41,272 nucleotides of DNA, from positions 1 to 41,272 of the IMG/VR virus record IMGVR_UViG_3300020215_000038; one strand, given 5' to 3'. The position numbers and the translations under genes were made by a program. Positions 29,532-38,287 of the stretch are shown here, one piece after another. The notes under the pieces are model-generated. The model was not told where the DNA came from. It ran no database searches and saw only the letters and a list, made by a program, of their open reading frames with translations. Position 1 is the first letter of the stretch. The number at the start of each line of letters is the position of its first letter. Source of the DNA: a virus.

Positions 29532-30618
29532 CCAGCAAATCCGCCTCATGTACGGCGTTGACGTCTTGGAAGGCCTCCGGACGCTACCCGACGAATCCGT
29601 CCAATGCGTCGTCACGAGCCCGCCCTACTGGGGCCTCCGCGACTACGGCGTCGCCGGCCAACTCGGCCTTGAAAAGACGCCCGAGGAATTCGTCGCGAAG
29701 ATGGTTGATGTTTTCATGGAGGTCCGGCGGGTGCTGCGGAAAGACGGGACACTCTGGATGAATTTCGGTGATTCGTACTGCGCTGCGGCGACTGGCACGG
29801 CTTCTCAAAAAGCATCCCGGCTTGAAGGAGGCAAATTGACGCAAATCGAGGCGTCGCGCAGGCCCGATAAATTTTCCGAAGGCTTAAAACCAAAAGACCT
29901 CGTCGGGATCCCATGGATGGTCGCCTTCGCCCTCCGCGCTGACGGGTGGTATCTCCGCTCCGACATCATTTGGGCGAAGCCTAACCCAATGCCGGAAAGC
30001 GTTACGGACCGGCCGACGAAGGCGCATGAGTACGTGTTCCTTCTCACGAAAGCCGATCGTTATTTTTACAACGCGACGGCGATCCGGACGATGTGGAAGG
30101 AATCGTCTGTCTCGCGACTCGAACAAAAAACTTTCTACCAACAAGAGGGTGGTCCGAAGGATCCCAAAGATGGTAATCGCTCCCACCGAAAAGTTCTTGA
30201 GAATTTAAAGCGACGACGCACACCTGCTGGCTGGAACGTCAACCACGATGGCTCTAACTTAATTGGCCGCTACGCTCAAAAAACGGTAACTGCTGAAGAA
30301 AAATTGATAGCGGACAAACAACAAGAAGAAAATGGAGCCAACGCCCGCACCGTCTGGACGATACCTACAGAAGCCTTTCCAGAAGCTCACTTCGCCACGT
30401 TCCCGCGCGAGCTCGCAAAGCGCTGTATTCTCGCCGGCACTCCCACAGGCGCGACGGTTTTAGATCCATTCTCCGGCTCAGGCACTACCGGCGCCGTCGC
30501 CGTCGGCCTAGGCCGTAAGTATATCGGCATCGATCTTAATCCTCAGTACGAAAAAATGGCCCGAGCGAGAATTGGCGGCCTTTTTTTTGTGCCTGAAGAT
30601 CAGGGAAATAGAGCATGA
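29524..30618 (+). CDS. DNA methyltransferase, beta-class N4/N6 family, motif IV = SPPY (N4-cytosine-type signature)
   Basis: VVTSPPYW then ...LDPFSGSGTTGAVA (motif IV before motif I); 364 aa. Confidence 0.85.
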   Translation: MTDQQIRLMYGVDVLEGLRTLPDESVQCVVTSPPYWGLRDYGVAGQLGLEKTPEEFVAKMVDVFMEVRRVLRKDGTLWMNFGDSYCAAATGTASQKASRLEGGKLTQIEASRRPDKFSEGLKPKDLVGIPWMVAFALRADGWYLRSDIIWAKPNPMPESVTDRPTKAHEYVFLLTKADRYFYNATAIRTMWKESSVSRLEQKTFYQQEGGPKDPKDGNRSHRKVLENLKRRRTPAGWNVNHDGSNLIGRYAQKTVTAEEKLIADKQQEENGANARTVWTIPTEAFPEAHFATFPRELAKRCILAGTPTGATVLDPFSGSGTTGAVAVGLGRKYIGIDLNPQYEKMARARIGGLFFVPEDQGNRA

Positions 30619-30637
30619 AAGTATCAGCAAAACCCCT

Positions 30638-31330
30638 ATGAGCAAGACGCTTTCGGACTATCTGTATTACGAGGAGCGGGATCCCGACATCAAGATTTAC
30701 CAAGGCGACTGCCTCGAAATCATGCCGCTGATACAGGGGGGGGTGGACCTAGTTCTGACAGACCCGCCATACGGCATAAATTACGGGGCCCTACTAAAGG
30801 GCAAAGGTGACGGCGTTGGCGGTTCCGACGACAACGGTTGGAAGGATTACGGATGTCCCGATTGGGACCGGGAGCGCCCAAAGCCAGAGGTTTTTTCCAT
30901 GATTCGGGCCGTATCAAAAAATCAAATTATTTGGGGTGGAAACTACTTCGCCGATCTTCTACCACCATCAATGGGGTGGCTTGCTTGGGACAAGATGCAA
31001 CGCGAGTTTAGTCTTGCTGACTTCGAGATGGCGTGGACGTCCTGGCGGTCAGCGGCTCGTTGCATTCAATATCCACGAGCCAAAGCGATGCAAGATCATA
31101 AACAACACCCAACCCAGAAGGCCCTCCAGGTCATTATTGAGTGCATCCTCCTTTCTGATAAACGCATCAAGCGTGTAACTGGGACGGTCCTCGATCCTTT
31201 CCTCGGATCCGGCACGACGCTTGTCGCCTGTAAAGAACTCGGACGCGCCGGCATCGGTATTGAAATTGACCCGAAATACTGCGAGATAGCAAAAACCCGC
31301 CTTAAAAACACTCAACGGATGATGCTTTAA
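30638..31330 (+). CDS. DNA methyltransferase, beta-class, motif IV = DPPY (N6-adenine-type signature)
   Basis: LVLTDPPYG then LDPFLGSGTTLVA; 230 aa; start ATG 30638. Confidence 0.85.
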   Translation: MSKTLSDYLYYEERDPDIKIYQGDCLEIMPLIQGGVDLVLTDPPYGINYGALLKGKGDGVGGSDDNGWKDYGCPDWDRERPKPEVFSMIRAVSKNQIIWGGNYFADLLPPSMGWLAWDKMQREFSLADFEMAWTSWRSAARCIQYPRAKAMQDHKQHPTQKALQVIIECILLSDKRIKRVTGTVLDPFLGSGTTLVACKELGRAGIGIEIDPKYCEIAKTRLKNTQRMML

Positions 31331-32166
31331 TGGCCAAGCGCTTTACGGACACAGACAAATGGAAGAAGGGGTTTTTAAAAGCGCTCCCATCCACGTACAA
31401 GATTTTCTGGCTCTACCTCTGCGACGACTGCACGAATGCTGGGATTTGGGAAACAAGCGAAATAGACGTCGCCTGCCTCAGGATGGGCGAGAAGGTTGAT
31501 TTGCAAGAGGCGCTTTCGCTCTTTAACCGCGATGAACAGCGGATCGTTGAATTTGACGGCGGTAAGAAGTGGTTTATCCCAAGTTTCGTCACTTTTCAGT
31601 ATGGCGAGGATTTCGCCGAAAAGGGCTCTAATAACCGCCTTATTGGGACGGTTAGGGGGTTGCTAGAGAAGCTCGGGCTCTTAGGGCTAATACCCGTTAG
31701 GTACCCGTTAGAACGGGTAGCAGAACGGGTCATGGAAAAAGACAAGGACACGGACAAGGAAAAGGAAAAGAAAGAAGGGGGTCCGGGGGAAACAACGGCT
31801 GGCACCGGCAAAACGGGCAAGGACACAAAAATTCCCTTCGGAGAAAGCGGGCTCGTCCGCCTCACAGAGCAAGAGGCCTCCAAGCTGGCAGAAAAGCTTG
31901 GCATGGAGCGGACGGCCGAATACATCACCCGGCTCGAGAATCACATCGGGTCGAAGGGCGCACGGTACAAGTCGCATTACTTCACGATTTTGTCCTGGGC
32001 GTCGAAAGACGGCGACGGGCCGGCAAAAAGGCCCTTTTTGACCAAAGCACAACAACACGCCGTGGACGGCCTGCGGCGATTGGAGGCGAAGTATGAAACT
32101 CGAGACGTTCAAAAAGGCGGCGTTATTGATCTCGACCGCCTTCCCGGACCGGAAGTTCGAGCCTGA
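31330..32166 (+). CDS. Putative replication initiator / replisome organiser
   Basis: 278 aa; N-terminal FTDTDKWKKGFLKALPSTYKIFWLYLCDDCTNAGIWE pattern seen in phage replication organisers; DnaD-like C-terminal HYFTILSWASKD; moderate product confidence. Confidence 0.6.
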   Translation: MAKRFTDTDKWKKGFLKALPSTYKIFWLYLCDDCTNAGIWETSEIDVACLRMGEKVDLQEALSLFNRDEQRIVEFDGGKKWFIPSFVTFQYGEDFAEKGSNNRLIGTVRGLLEKLGLLGLIPVRYPLERVAERVMEKDKDTDKEKEKKEGGPGETTAGTGKTGKDTKIPFGESGLVRLTEQEASKLAEKLGMERTAEYITRLENHIGSKGARYKSHYFTILSWASKDGDGPAKRPFLTKAQQHAVDGLRRLEAKYETRDVQKGGVIDLDRLPGPEVRA

Positions 32167-32401
32167 AATCTACTTCGAGCTTCTGAAAGACCTCCCCGAC
32201 GAGGCCTTTCTGAAAGCCGTGGTCGGATTTTGCAAAGAGCGGACCGAGCTCTATCCGGGCTCGAACCTGATCGCGATCCTACGAGAGCGAACGCGCGATA
32301 TCGCAAGACAGCCAGCGATGCTGAAGCTTCCGCAAGGCGGCCGCTTTGAACACGGCCCGACGGCTGAATTCAAGGCATTGATTAAAAAACTCGCGGAGTA
32401 A
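32093..32401 (+). CDS. Hypothetical replication-module protein (possible helicase-loader-like)
   Basis: SD ggagg 6 nt upstream; overlaps upstream gene by 74 nt; product uncertain. Confidence 0.5.
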   Translation: MKLETFKKAALLISTAFPDRKFEPEIYFELLKDLPDEAFLKAVVGFCKERTELYPGSNLIAILRERTRDIARQPAMLKLPQGGRFEHGPTAEFKALIKKLAE

Positions 32402-32403
32402 AC

Positions 32404-32862
32404 ATGCCTAACCCTGACCTCGCCTACGAGTACGAAGACAAGCCGCGCCGGCGCTTCTCGCACCTGGACCAAAAGCCTCTTCGATTCCACGGCTCAACCT
32501 ACGTCGAGAAGCGCGATTATACCCGCCTTTCCGGGGCGCTCAGGGCCGTTTACGACCTGATGCAGGACGGAGCTTGGCGCACCGCCTCCGAAGTCGCCGG
32601 GGCCTTAAAACACGCGAATATCCCGTCAATCGAATCGCAAATTCGCAATTTAAGAAAGCCAGAAAACGGCGGAAACGATCCGATCCAAAACCCGGACGGA
32701 CATTTCGTCGAGCGCCGAAACCGAAACGACACGCTCGGCCTTTCTGAATATCGGCTCCTAAAGCACCGGCCGAAGCTCGAGAAGCCCGAGCCGCCGATGG
32801 CGCCCGGCGCCGGCGGTCGCATGTTCGAGGAGGCGCTTCGGAAAGAGCGCGAAGGCAAATGA
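32404..32862 (+). CDS. Winged-helix-like DNA-binding protein
   Basis: LSGALRAVYDLMQDGAWRTASEVAGAL...IESQIRNLRK...YRLL pattern. Confidence 0.55.
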   Translation: MPNPDLAYEYEDKPRRRFSHLDQKPLRFHGSTYVEKRDYTRLSGALRAVYDLMQDGAWRTASEVAGALKHANIPSIESQIRNLRKPENGGNDPIQNPDGHFVERRNRNDTLGLSEYRLLKHRPKLEKPEPPMAPGAGGRMFEEALRKEREGK

Positions 32863-32966
32863 CCGAATTCGAGGCCTGGGACTCGCTCTACGCATTCCAC
32901 GGCTTCACCGCATCGGACGTTCCGCACTACAACGGGACGCACATCCAAATCCTGAGGAAAAGGTGA
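32859..32966 (+). CDS. 35-aa microprotein
   Basis: ATGA junction at 5' end, TGATG at 3' end; not in track. Confidence 0.35.
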   Translation: MTEFEAWDSLYAFHGFTASDVPHYNGTHIQILRKR

Positions 32967-33376
32967 TGGGGTACGACTTCCCAGGTCTCAAGCGAAAGAC
33001 CCCGCTTCGCCGAAAGACGAAATTTAACGTCGACCCGGAGCTAAACCGCCTCGCCGGGAACCCGCGCGGATCCAAGCTCGAGCGGGCCGTCTATCAAATT
33101 CTTCTACTGCGTGAGAAAGCTGGAGAGATTTCGCAGATCCTGCAGCAGCGCCGCGTCGATCTCGGAGACGGCATTTATTGGGCGGTAGATTTTAGCTTCT
33201 TCGACCTGACGAAGCCCGGACACCCGCTGACATGGGCCGAGGCGAAGGGCGTAAAGAGCGGCCGCTATAACGTCTGCAAGAAACTCTGGAATAGCCGAGG
33301 CCCCGGTCCTCTCGAAATTTGGGAAGGCGACTACCGGCAACCAAAACTTGTAAAAATCATTATCCCGCGCCAATGA
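32966..33376 (+). CDS. DUF1064-like PD-(D/E)xK nuclease (putative Holliday-junction resolvase)
   Basis: SKLERAVYQIL...YWAVDFSF...WAEAKGVKSGRYNVCKKLW (D...ExK). Confidence 0.6.
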   Translation: MGYDFPGLKRKTPLRRKTKFNVDPELNRLAGNPRGSKLERAVYQILLLREKAGEISQILQQRRVDLGDGIYWAVDFSFFDLTKPGHPLTWAEAKGVKSGRYNVCKKLWNSRGPGPLEIWEGDYRQPKLVKIIIPRQ

Positions 33377-33546
33377 CCCGCCTCATCCTTCTGATCGTCG
33401 TTCTCGGCCTCGCCGCGCTTCTCGTCATCGACAAAATCACATACGACCACGACCTCGAGAGCCAATTCAAAAGCGAGACCGGCATGACGTGGCACGAAGC
33501 CGAGTCGATATATTTCGTGAACTACCTCGAGAGCGGCGATGAATAG
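33373..33546 (+). CDS. 57-aa single-TM protein
   Basis: MTRLILLIVVLGLAALLVI; ATGA junction. Confidence 0.5.
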   Translation: MTRLILLIVVLGLAALLVIDKITYDHDLESQFKSETGMTWHEAESIYFVNYLESGDE

Positions 33547-33697
33547 GATCCCCGACCGAGAGCCCGCCGGCACTCACAAGATCGAAAACGAAGAAGACCT
33601 AAAGATTCAACTTTCGATGTTCTGTACCTTCGACCAGGCGAGGATCAAGAGAGTGGTGGACTACTACGAGGAGAAGATAAGAGGGGCGCGAGAATGA
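33539..33697 (+). CDS. 52-aa microprotein
   Basis: Overlaps neighbours at both ends (ATGA at 3' end); not in track. Confidence 0.4.
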   Translation: MNRIPDREPAGTHKIENEEDLKIQLSMFCTFDQARIKRVVDYYEEKIRGARE

Positions 33698-33921
33698 GTC
33701 AAGGAGTCCAAATCTACATGGAAAGAGGCAAGCCGATTAAAGACATTTGGGCTTACTGCAAAAAGCATAAGTTTCGGATGATCCGCGCCACGTTTAAACA
33801 ATACCAACCCCTAACCGGAACCTGGCACAAATGGACAGCCGATATTCCAGAACCGTGGTTCAACAATCTCAGAATGACTGAAATTCTCGTCAATCACAGA
33901 ATTCTCAAGTCGCGCACATGA
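33694..33921 (+). CDS. Hypothetical 75-aa protein
   Basis: ORF track; ATGA junction. Confidence 0.55.
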   Translation: MSQGVQIYMERGKPIKDIWAYCKKHKFRMIRATFKQYQPLTGTWHKWTADIPEPWFNNLRMTEILVNHRILKSRT

Positions 33922-34097
33922 ACTGCCTACAAGCAAAGAAATGGTGGAACAAACCATTCGCTGAACACTGCTGGCACGAAGATGAGCGAGTCTATTCAAA
34001 AGAGCACGGCGACGGAACAGTAACTATGCACAAGCGTCCGTGGGGTTGGAACATCTGCTGTTGGTGCAAAAAAGAAAAATACTTTTGTCCAATTTAG
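33918..34097 (+). CDS. 59-aa Cys/Trp-rich protein
   Basis: ATGA junction; ...HCWHEDE...WNICCWCKKEKYFCP; just under track cut-off. Confidence 0.45.
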   Translation: MNCLQAKKWWNKPFAEHCWHEDERVYSKEHGDGTVTMHKRPWGWNICCWCKKEKYFCPI

Positions 34098-34109
34098 GGG
34101 CGCGCACAC

Positions 34110-34379
34110 ATGAATAACTCAAAGCTAATGGAGATTCTAAACGAGGTTTTCTTCTTCGCTAGGAACATCGGAGGTCAAAAAATCGGCCTTCACCCCGAAG
34201 AAGCCGCCGCCCAAATCAAGCAACTACTTAAAGAAACTGTGGTGCTTGAGGAGCGACAAGATTGCGAAAAATACCATTTTCAACCGTGCGGTTGTGGAAA
34301 CGACGGATGGAACGTATACCGCGCCGAAGTTCTAAAAAGAATCGACGCTCTTGATCTACCCGCCGGGAGGCACACATGA
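34110..34379 (+). CDS. Hypothetical 89-aa protein
   Basis: ORF track. Confidence 0.55.
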   Translation: MNNSKLMEILNEVFFFARNIGGQKIGLHPEEAAAQIKQLLKETVVLEERQDCEKYHFQPCGCGNDGWNVYRAEVLKRIDALDLPAGRHT

Positions 34380-34942
34380 AGCCCACGAACGAGGAGATTG
34401 CGCACAGTCTAGCTTTTGGCGTCATCGAAATAAACCCTTCAACAAAAGCGATGTTGAGTCAAAGAATAGCCGAGGCACAAAAAGCGAAAATTAAAGATGC
34501 CCTCGAAGTCAAAGACTCCGAAATCCGCGCCCTCCAAGAAAAGCTGGAGAAGGTTGAGGCTGAGCTACAGGACTACAAGGACAGCTACAGCGCGGCCAAG
34601 AGCGGCCTTCGCCCGGACGAGGTGCATTGCGCCTGTGCGTATCAACTGAAATTGGCGCTCGAGGCGGCTGAGAAGGAACGAGACGGTTATAAGTTAGCCT
34701 TTGATTTAAAAGGCGTCGAACACGATCAATGCCACAAAAGCGCGGATAGTGCATGGAAGAAAGTAGACCACCTCCGCTCCCTGCTCATGGGGGCGCGTGA
34801 GGCGCTTCAATGGGCCAATGAAATGTTTACGGCTCGCGATGAGATGAACGCGAAGGTTCATTGTTCGCCGGTGAGACTGTCCCCAATCACGGAGCGCGTG
34901 AAGCAAGCCCTCGCGCACATCGACAAGGAGCTTGGAGCGTGA
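34376..34942 (+). CDS. Hypothetical 188-aa coiled-coil protein
   Basis: ORF track; ATGA junction. Confidence 0.6.
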   Translation: MKPTNEEIAHSLAFGVIEINPSTKAMLSQRIAEAQKAKIKDALEVKDSEIRALQEKLEKVEAELQDYKDSYSAAKSGLRPDEVHCACAYQLKLALEAAEKERDGYKLAFDLKGVEHDQCHKSADSAWKKVDHLRSLLMGAREALQWANEMFTARDEMNAKVHCSPVRLSPITERVKQALAHIDKELGA

Positions 34943-35112
34943 GCGAAGACGAACGGCGTTACCAAACAGACATCCTAAAAAATGCGATCTTCGCGTGTAT
35001 CGACAAGCACGTTGAGCAGTATCAGATCACGTTTGCGGAGGCTGTCGGGGTTCTGGAGTGCTGCAAGTTCCAGATTATCTGCGAAATGCGCGGCATCGAG
35101 CCGGAACAATGA
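34939..35112 (+). CDS. Hypothetical 57-aa protein (GTG start)
   Basis: GTGA junction; in frame with track ORF 34861. Confidence 0.45.
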   Translation: MSEDERRYQTDILKNAIFACIDKHVEQYQITFAEAVGVLECCKFQIICEMRGIEPEQ

Positions 35113-35408
35113 AACCAACGAACAAACCAAAGTTACCAGAGCACCTCGGGATTAGTTGGTACGAGCTGAGCGAATGGCTAGATTCTTTCGGGTCTATGCC
35201 AGTCAAACGGCATCGCTACAAGAATTTGTCGAAGTGGGAACTAGACCAGGCCCATATTTTCGAGCTTGAGAGCGGTAAGTTCGCCTTTGTGTTGGAGGAG
35301 GGTTGTTCGTGCTACGAGCCAAGATACGCCAGCATTGACGTTCTTCCAACTCTTGCGGACGCGGAAAGAAAATTCAGGGAATGGGAACAAATTAAGAGGA
35401 TGCCGTGA
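35109..35408 (+). CDS. Hypothetical 99-aa protein
   Basis: ATGA junction; internal ATG of track ORF 35058. Confidence 0.55.
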   Translation: MKPTNKPKLPEHLGISWYELSEWLDSFGSMPVKRHRYKNLSKWELDQAHIFELESGKFAFVLEEGCSCYEPRYASIDVLPTLADAERKFREWEQIKRMP

Positions 35409-35433
35409 TGACCCATCAACAGGAGTGCGCGGG

Positions 35434-35874
35434 ATGATCCCCCTAGAACGTCAGGTCTGTAGTCTTGCGTGGGCGCGGAAGCTTAAGAAACTCGGGGTGG
35501 GGCAGCAGAGCGCGTTTTATTGGTGTCAGCGCGTAGACCCTAAAACCCAATACGAATTGGAATTGGGGCGTAACATTCACTCGCGATTGTTTCTAGAGCA
35601 AGAGTTTATCGCCGCGTTCACTTGCGCCGAGCTGGGCGAGATGTTGCCGCAAGGTTGGGAATTTATCTTCTACCACACGATTAGAGGTCCGCACCGGATA
35701 GATTGCAATTTCATCCCGAGCGTGAACGAGGGCAGGTTCCTCTCGAATTGGTTCGAGGCCGACACCGAAGCCGACGCCCGCGCAAAAATGCTCTGCTACT
35801 TAATCGAGAACAAAATCATCACCGTCGAATCGGTAAATGAGAGGTTGGGCGCACCAAATCTAAATAGGGGGTAG
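35434..35874 (+). CDS. Hypothetical 146-aa protein (pattern AFTCAELGEMLP resembles the phage ABA-sandwich domain family)
   Basis: SD aggag 8 nt upstream of ATG 35434; family call is low confidence. Confidence 0.55.
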   Translation: MIPLERQVCSLAWARKLKKLGVGQQSAFYWCQRVDPKTQYELELGRNIHSRLFLEQEFIAAFTCAELGEMLPQGWEFIFYHTIRGPHRIDCNFIPSVNEGRFLSNWFEADTEADARAKMLCYLIENKIITVESVNERLGAPNLNRG

Positions 35875-35876
35875 GG

Positions 35877-36107
35877 ATGCCAGAAAAGGAGTCTAAGACG
35901 TTCATTGTGAGCTTCTATCCAGACAAAGACGCTCAAGGTGGAGCACTTCGGCAAACGCTTATAGCAAAAGTCCCTCATCATCTTCACGGAAGGCTGTTGA
36001 ACATGGCGCAGAAGAAGGGTAAGGAACTCAAAGCGAAGAGTTTCGCAATCTTCGTTCAGGCTTGCCCGAGAATATTTGTTATTGATTATCCAGAGACAGA
36101 GGAATGA
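35877..36107 (+). CDS. Hypothetical 76-aa protein
   Basis: ORF track. Confidence 0.5.
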   Translation: MPEKESKTFIVSFYPDKDAQGGALRQTLIAKVPHHLHGRLLNMAQKKGKELKAKSFAIFVQACPRIFVIDYPETEE

Positions 36108-36144
36108 ACGCCGTAGGCACACCGCCTAAATCAGAGAGGTTGGG

Positions 36145-36408
36145 ATGAGCGATCCGAATCTTTGCGACAACTGCAAGCGTGAACCCGAACCGTTTAAAAC
36201 GGATGAGGGCGAGATGGCCTACTGGATCAGGGTGCCGAAGGAAAGCCAAGACCCCGCACACCTGACATCTTCCCTGGAGTTTGCGTTCATCGCCATTGTG
36301 CCGGAGAACCCAGGCGAAAAGCGCCACCCCGATAAAGACAAAGAGAATTATTACTGGTGCGGGAACTGCGCTGGCTCCGCTTACCCGGACAATGAGGTTC
36401 TTCCATGA
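36145..36408 (+). CDS. Zinc-ribbon protein (CDNC...CGNC), 87 aa
   Basis: ORF track; two CxxC pairs. Confidence 0.55.
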   Translation: MSDPNLCDNCKREPEPFKTDEGEMAYWIRVPKESQDPAHLTSSLEFAFIAIVPENPGEKRHPDKDKENYYWCGNCAGSAYPDNEVLP

Positions 36409-36605
36409 CGCCCCGCAAACGCCGCAAGCAGTATCCGAGCGCAAAGGGGTTCGCGTTGGAAGCCGAGAGCGCTAGTAGTCCAAGGCAGATATTTGTAAGC
36501 ACGGTTTGTTATGCGCGACCAGATTGGCATTTAATCGATCACCTTCGCCGCATGGGTTGGAAAAAGATACGAGTCGTTGAGGTTGAAGTGCGGAGGATTT
36601 CATGA
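36405..36605 (+). CDS. Hypothetical 66-aa basic-N-terminus protein (MTPRKRRKQYP)
   Basis: ATGA junction; contains the aaacgccgcaagc 13-mer. Confidence 0.5.
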   Translation: MTPRKRRKQYPSAKGFALEAESASSPRQIFVSTVCYARPDWHLIDHLRRMGWKKIRVVEVEVRRIS

Positions 36606-36621
36606 AGAAACGCCGCAAGCC
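36601..36621 (+). repeat. 21-nt perfect direct repeat catgaagaaacgccgcaagcc, copy 1 (copy 2 at 36729-36749)
   Basis: Read directly; both copies span the start codon and MKKRRKP of consecutive ORFs. Confidence 0.9.
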
Positions 36622-36733
36622 GAAGGCGCATCGGCATCGTTACTCCCGCGTTCGTTTAATACCTTGTGAGTGCCCGGACTGTCTGGGGTGTGCAGAGGAG
36701 CGGGTCTGTAAATGCGGAAAGGTGAAGCCATGA
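36602..36733 (+). CDS. 43-aa Cys-rich basic microprotein (MKKRRKPKAH...CECPDCLGC...CKC)
   Basis: ATGA junctions on both ends; not in track. Confidence 0.4.
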   Translation: MKKRRKPKAHRHRYSRVRLIPCECPDCLGCAEERVCKCGKVKP

Positions 36734-36749
36734 AGAAACGCCGCAAGCC
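36729..36749 (+). repeat. 21-nt perfect direct repeat, copy 2
   Basis: Identical to 36601-36621. Confidence 0.9.
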
Positions 36750-36996
36750 CGTTGCTGACATCTTTCTGGGAGGTTTCGGTATGGAGCTAATGGATATACA
36801 GCGTCGATGGATACCGAAGGTGGGGGAGGCATACTTTGTCGTCTCGCTTGAAGCGCAAGAGGTAAGAGTTTACGGCCCTTGGTACAGAACAGAGAATGAG
36901 CCTGATTCATGGTTCCTGCTCAACACCTTCCGCACAAAGAAAGAAGCCCAGGAAGCCGCGAAGAAGATCACGAAAATTTTGAGGGGGTGCGCGTGA
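36730..36996 (+). CDS. Hypothetical 88-aa protein (MKKRRKPVAD...)
   Basis: ATGA junction; internal ATG of track ORF 36712. Confidence 0.55.
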   Translation: MKKRRKPVADIFLGGFGMELMDIQRRWIPKVGEAYFVVSLEAQEVRVYGPWYRTENEPDSWFLLNTFRTKKEAQEAAKKITKILRGCA

Positions 36997-37547
36997 GCGA
37001 AAACAAACTAATAGCGGTAAAGATTGTGATGGATGCGGTGAATGTTCATAACGGAAATCCTCTCAATCTTGAGGAAGATATCAAAGTTGCCCTCGACGCC
37101 AAAGACGCCCGGATCGCCAAGCTGGAAGCGGAGGTGGTGCGCGTGAGCGGTCAACTGATGGGAGCGGATTGCCAAGAACATCCAGAGGGCGGCAAGCGGC
37201 ACTTATACGCCTTCTGTAGTTGCGACATCGCCGCCAAAGACGCCCGTCTCGCCGAAATGGATGACCGGATCGTACAGCAAAGCCTTGTGCTCGAAGGCTA
37301 CAAGGTTCTTGCTGGCCTGAGCGACCCTGACCCGATCAAGATTTTCGGCCTCATCGAGGAAAAAATTAAGCGCCTCCAACGCGTCGTCGATGCGGCGCGG
37401 GTTGAGCTTCAACACGCGGCCAACAGAGACCACCACGGCCACGAAGCGCCCGATTACAAGAAATGCCCCATGCGAATTTGTATCGGGTACAAAAACATCC
37501 TCGCCGCCCTCGACGCGGCACAGCGGGGGAAGGAGGGAACTAAGTGA
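36993..37547 (+). CDS. Hypothetical 184-aa coiled-coil protein (GTG start; internal AKDARIAKLE / AKDARLAEMD duplication)
   Basis: GTGA junction; in frame with track ORF 36909. Confidence 0.5.
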   Translation: MSENKLIAVKIVMDAVNVHNGNPLNLEEDIKVALDAKDARIAKLEAEVVRVSGQLMGADCQEHPEGGKRHLYAFCSCDIAAKDARLAEMDDRIVQQSLVLEGYKVLAGLSDPDPIKIFGLIEEKIKRLQRVVDAARVELQHAANRDHHGHEAPDYKKCPMRICIGYKNILAALDAAQRGKEGTK

Positions 37548-37687
37548 TTATCGTCTGCCCGTATTGTGGGCCCGAAAGCCTTGCTTATGCGGGGCGCGTT
37601 GTCTCTGAGCCGTGCGGAAGTTGCCTTGCGAGGGTCGAAGCGCACCGGAATAATCCAAAGCCCAAGAAGGAGGAAGCCGATGAGTAG
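37544..37687 (+). CDS. 47-aa zinc-ribbon microprotein (CPYC...CGSC)
   Basis: GTGA junction; SD aaggaggg upstream; not in track. Confidence 0.45.
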   Translation: MIIVCPYCGPESLAYAGRVVSEPCGSCLARVEAHRNNPKPKKEEADE

Positions 37688-37853
37688 TTTTGCTTGTGAA
37701 TACTGCGGCACATTCCTGGTTGATACGCCAAATGGTTACATCACCAAGTGCGAACATTATCCGAATAGACGCATGACTATTGGCGAATATGAAGACCATA
37801 AACGGTGGCTTAGTGGACTCAAGACTATCTCTGAGAGGAAGGCCGATGAATAA
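37680..37853 (+). CDS. 57-aa zinc-finger-like protein (CEYC...CEH)
   Basis: Internal ATG of track ORF 37566. Confidence 0.45.
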   Translation: MSSFACEYCGTFLVDTPNGYITKCEHYPNRRMTIGEYEDHKRWLSGLKTISERKADE

Positions 37854-38007
37854 GAAGGCCCGAATATTAACTGTGGAATTGTGGGACTTAATTGGCACGT
37901 TCGCGGTTGTGGTCTTAACCACCGCATCACTCGCGTACATCTTCGGGCACAGCCACGGAGCAAATAAGGTGATCCGATATTACAAAGAAATGAGAACGCT
38001 GTTGTGA
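37846..38007 (+). CDS. 53-aa single-TM protein, paralog A (…AYIFGHSHGANKVIRYY…)
   Basis: Starts ATGAATAAG; internal ATG of track ORF 37780. Confidence 0.5.
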   Translation: MNKKARILTVELWDLIGTFAVVVLTTASLAYIFGHSHGANKVIRYYKEMRTLL

Positions 38008-38041
38008 ATAAGAACGTGCGGGAGGAGCTTGAGCCGTGGAT

Positions 38042-38242
38042 ATGAATAAGCGTGGAGTTTTTTATGTGTTGACGGCGGCGATTCTAGCAACAATCACGCT
38101 ATTTTTCGCATATATCGAAGGATATAGGCACGGCACTTCAAACGTAATTGGATATTTCTTAGATAAGGTTTTTGAGATTGATCCAACATTAACTGAAAAT
38201 AACATTCGCGCTCTTGTTGAAGATGTTGAAAGGCGAGGATGA
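38042..38242 (+). CDS. 66-aa single-TM protein, paralog B (…AYIEGYRHGTSNVIGYF…)
   Basis: Starts ATGAATAAG; shares the AYIxGxxHGxxxVIxY motif with 37846 ORF. Confidence 0.55.
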   Translation: MNKRGVFYVLTAAILATITLFFAYIEGYRHGTSNVIGYFLDKVFEIDPTLTENNIRALVEDVERRG

Positions 38243-38287
38243 ATAAGAACGCCAGAAGCGGACCCGCACACAGGCAGAAAGGCAGAG

